A stretch of DNA of 47,417 bases from Crocinitomicaceae bacterium (lineage in GTDB: Bacteria; Bacteroidota; Bacteroidia; Flavobacteriales_D; Crocinitomicaceae): the NCBI GenBank assembly GCA_044371695.1, contig JBILTD010000001.1, forward strand, positions 1-47,417, read 5' to 3'. Positions 45,721 to 47,417 of this stretch are shown here, piece after piece. The notes under the pieces were generated by a model. That model was given only the letters and a program-made list of their open reading frames with translations. It did no database searches and was not told the DNA's origin. Position numbers and translations under genes: made by a program. The stretch's first letter is position 1. The number at the start of each line of letters is the position of its first letter.

Positions 45721-47417
45721 AGTTAGCTCCACAAAAAAGCAACTGCCTTTTCCTTCCTCAGATTCAAAATGAATTTTCCCGTCGTGCTTTTCTAGAATTT
45801 GTCGCACGACGTTCAGTCCAATTCCAGACCCCGATGATTTTGTTGTAAAGTAGGGTGTAAATATTTTTTCTTTTGCAGCTTCACTGATGCCTACTCCGTT
45901 GTCTTTAACAGCCAATGTAAGGCGCTTCTCTTTGCTGGCTATAGTTATTTGGATGACAGGATTTACAGTTTCTTGTGTGGCCTGGAGTGCATTATTGATG
46001 AGGTTATTTAAAACCTGACCGAGCATTTTTTTGTCTGCGAGAATCGTGAAATCAGTTCCTTTAGATTCAAACTGAATCATGGATTTATTTTCAAATAGAG
46101 GAATGATACTTTGTACCAAATTTTTTAAATCAAGTGGTTCAAATTGCGGATCAGGAAGTTTTGCAAATTGAGCAAATTCATTGGCCATGGCTGCTAATCC
46201 GTCTATTTGTTCAATTAATGACGGCAGTGCTTTTTTCACTTGTTCAAGCGTTTGTGGGTACCCATTTTCAAGGTTGCGCAATAAATGTTGAATGCTCAAC
46301 TTCATTGGCGTCAATGGATTTTTAATTTCGTGCGCAATCTGCTGAGCGAGGTCACGCCAGGCACTTTCGCGTTCGCTTTTAGCCAATTTGTGTGCTGCCG
46401 CCTCGAGTTCGATGAGTTTTTCATTATAAGACTGAACAATAGCCCCAATTTCGTCTTTGTTTTGATAAGTAATGCGTTGATTTTTTTTGCCAAATTCTAT
46501 ATTTTTTACAGACTTGGCTACCATTTGAAGCGGCCCAATGAGCCAATTACTTACGACAAGCGCGATGAAAACAGAGAGCGCTAAAAGCAAAATAAACACA
46601 TTAATAGCCGCCTTTAAAAACTCTTCTAGTTGTTGTTCATAGGCTTGTTGTTGTCCGAATAATTGCAGGTTGATGAAGCCCAATAAATTTCTTTTTTCAT
46701 TCATGAGGGGCAAATAAGCACTGCGGTATTTTAAATTTCCAATTTGTTCTTGATGTGAGAAATAACTGCTTTTTTGACCTATGAGCGCATCCATTGCTTG
46801 CGCATCCATGTGCTCACCTACGAGTCCAAAGGCAAATAATTTAGGTCGTGAAGAGGAAATTAAAAAGCCATCGGCATCGTAAATAAAAATGTCGGTATTA
46901 AAAACGCTAGATAACTTGGCTGTTTTTGCCTCTAGCTGAAACCCTGCCTTTGTAGCATCCAGCGTATCGAGTTGTTTGAGCTGGTTATTAAGTTCCATTT
47001 CAACTGCGTGTAATTTCTCCTTGAGTGCTTGCTGGGCATAACCATCAAATTGTTGACCTATAAAGATGGAGCTACCCAAACCATATAGGAACAAAGAGAT
47101 AACAAGGATAACCAAGAATGCAATTTGAATTTTTAATGACAAGCTCCATTCCCGACCCATCAAAAACCCTTGACCGCTAATAAAATTAATGGCGATGGTA
47201 AGCCCTCCCCAAAAAACAAATATGAAGGCAAAACTTGTAATGAGGTTGAGCCATGCGCTTTGTTTGGTCGCGATAAAAATAGCAGAACCCTCACCACTTA
47301 AAAAGACGGTGTGCTCATATCCGCGAAAGGAAAAGTGCTGTTGCTTGAGTAGTGATTTAGGAAAAGACTGAAGTGTATTTGGGAAATTGAAGTCGCCGGT
47401 TTGATGAATAAGCCGCT
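45700..47417 (-). CDS. NtrY-like sensor histidine kinase, 5' end outside the window
   Basis: H-box HEIKNPLTPM, N-box NLINNALQA, G1 DNGVGI and G2 GSGIGL. The same frame stays open with no stop or start codon from 47164 to the window edge and encodes a TM-like segment (WLNLITSFAFIFVFWGGLTIAINFI), so the tracked TTG start at 47163 is probably internal. Confidence 0.85.
   Translation of the reverse strand, partial: RLIHQTGDFNFPNTLQSFPKSLLKQQHFSFRGYEHTVFLSGEGSAIFIATKQSAWLNLITSFAFIFVFWGGLTIAINFISGQGFLMGREWSLSLKIQIAFLVILVISLFLYGLGSSIFIGQQFDGYAQQALKEKLHAVEMELNNQLKQLDTLDATKAGFQLEAKTAKLSSVFNTDIFIYDADGFLISSSRPKLFAFGLVGEHMDAQAMDALIGQKSSYFSHQEQIGNLKYRSAYLPLMNEKRNLLGFINLQLFGQQQAYEQQLEEFLKAAINVFILLLALSVFIALVVSNWLIGPLQMVAKSVKNIEFGKKNQRITYQNKDEIGAIVQSYNEKLIELEAAAHKLAKSERESAWRDLAQQIAHEIKNPLTPMKLSIQHLLRNLENGYPQTLEQVKKALPSLIEQIDGLAAMANEFAQFAKLPDPQFEPLDLKNLVQSIIPLFENKSMIQFESKGTDFTILADKKMLGQVLNNLINNALQATQETVNPVIQITIASKEKRLTLAVKDNGVGISEAAKEKIFTPYFTTKSSGSGIGLNVVRQILEKHDGKIHFESEEGKGSCFFVELTLFSEGS

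Noticed and set aside
47189-47371. 60-aa plus-strand ORF at the window end
   Set aside because: It is antisense to an 84-codon stop-free extension of the histidine-kinase frame that encodes a plausible TM helix. The kinase extension is the better explanation.
1-47417. Mobile elements, prophage, defence islands, tRNA or rRNA genes
   Set aside because: No integrase, transposase or recombinase-like ORFs, terminal inverted repeats, cloverleaf-capable intergenic segments or compositional islands were seen. All spacers over 90 nt were read individually.

Overview
This is a gene-dense 47.4-kb chromosomal core segment (about 45 CDS) from a Bacteroidota genome. The taxon call rests on T9SS type-A and type-B C-terminal sorting domains, exact TAnnTTTG -7 promoter boxes mostly 15-24 nt upstream of operon-leading ATGs, no obvious Shine-Dalgarno use, a b558-type sdhCAB and a long-form IspG. 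Most genes are housekeeping: kynU (partial) and purN, acpP-fabF-rnc, sdhCAB, an ECF-sigma operon that runs on into a lipid kinase, ispD and ldcA, purH-mreB, nrdBA, comF, lepA through hflX, rnr, a seven-gene rpoN operon, gcdH, hemD, ispG and a 5'-truncated NtrY-like histidine kinase. I saw no rRNA, tRNA, CRISPR array, transposase, integrase or recognisable defence or toxin genes, so I do not claim a clear-cut novel system. The best candidates for something undescribed are listed here. (1) A translationally coupled envelope thiol-redox triad: periplasmic TlpA, an outer-membrane barrel whose only cysteines sit at its C-terminus, and a CxxC lipoprotein, fused into the rpoN operon. (2) An ECF sigma paired with a membrane-anchored anti-sigma-like protein that ends in a T9SS type-B sorting domain. 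(3) A pseudouridine synthase fused to a large Cys/His-bearing, deaminase-like N-terminal module split by a coiled coil. (4) A perfect 58-nt direct repeat that duplicates the 3' end of nrdA and encodes two long hairpins. (5) Interleaved inverted repeats with pseudoknot topology in the purH-mreB spacer. All calls come from reading the sequence and the ORF track by eye. No HMM, BLAST or folding computation was run, and family names such as DUF6029, Omp28-related, DUF4271 and the LmjF36.5940-like deaminase are recollections that need database confirmation.
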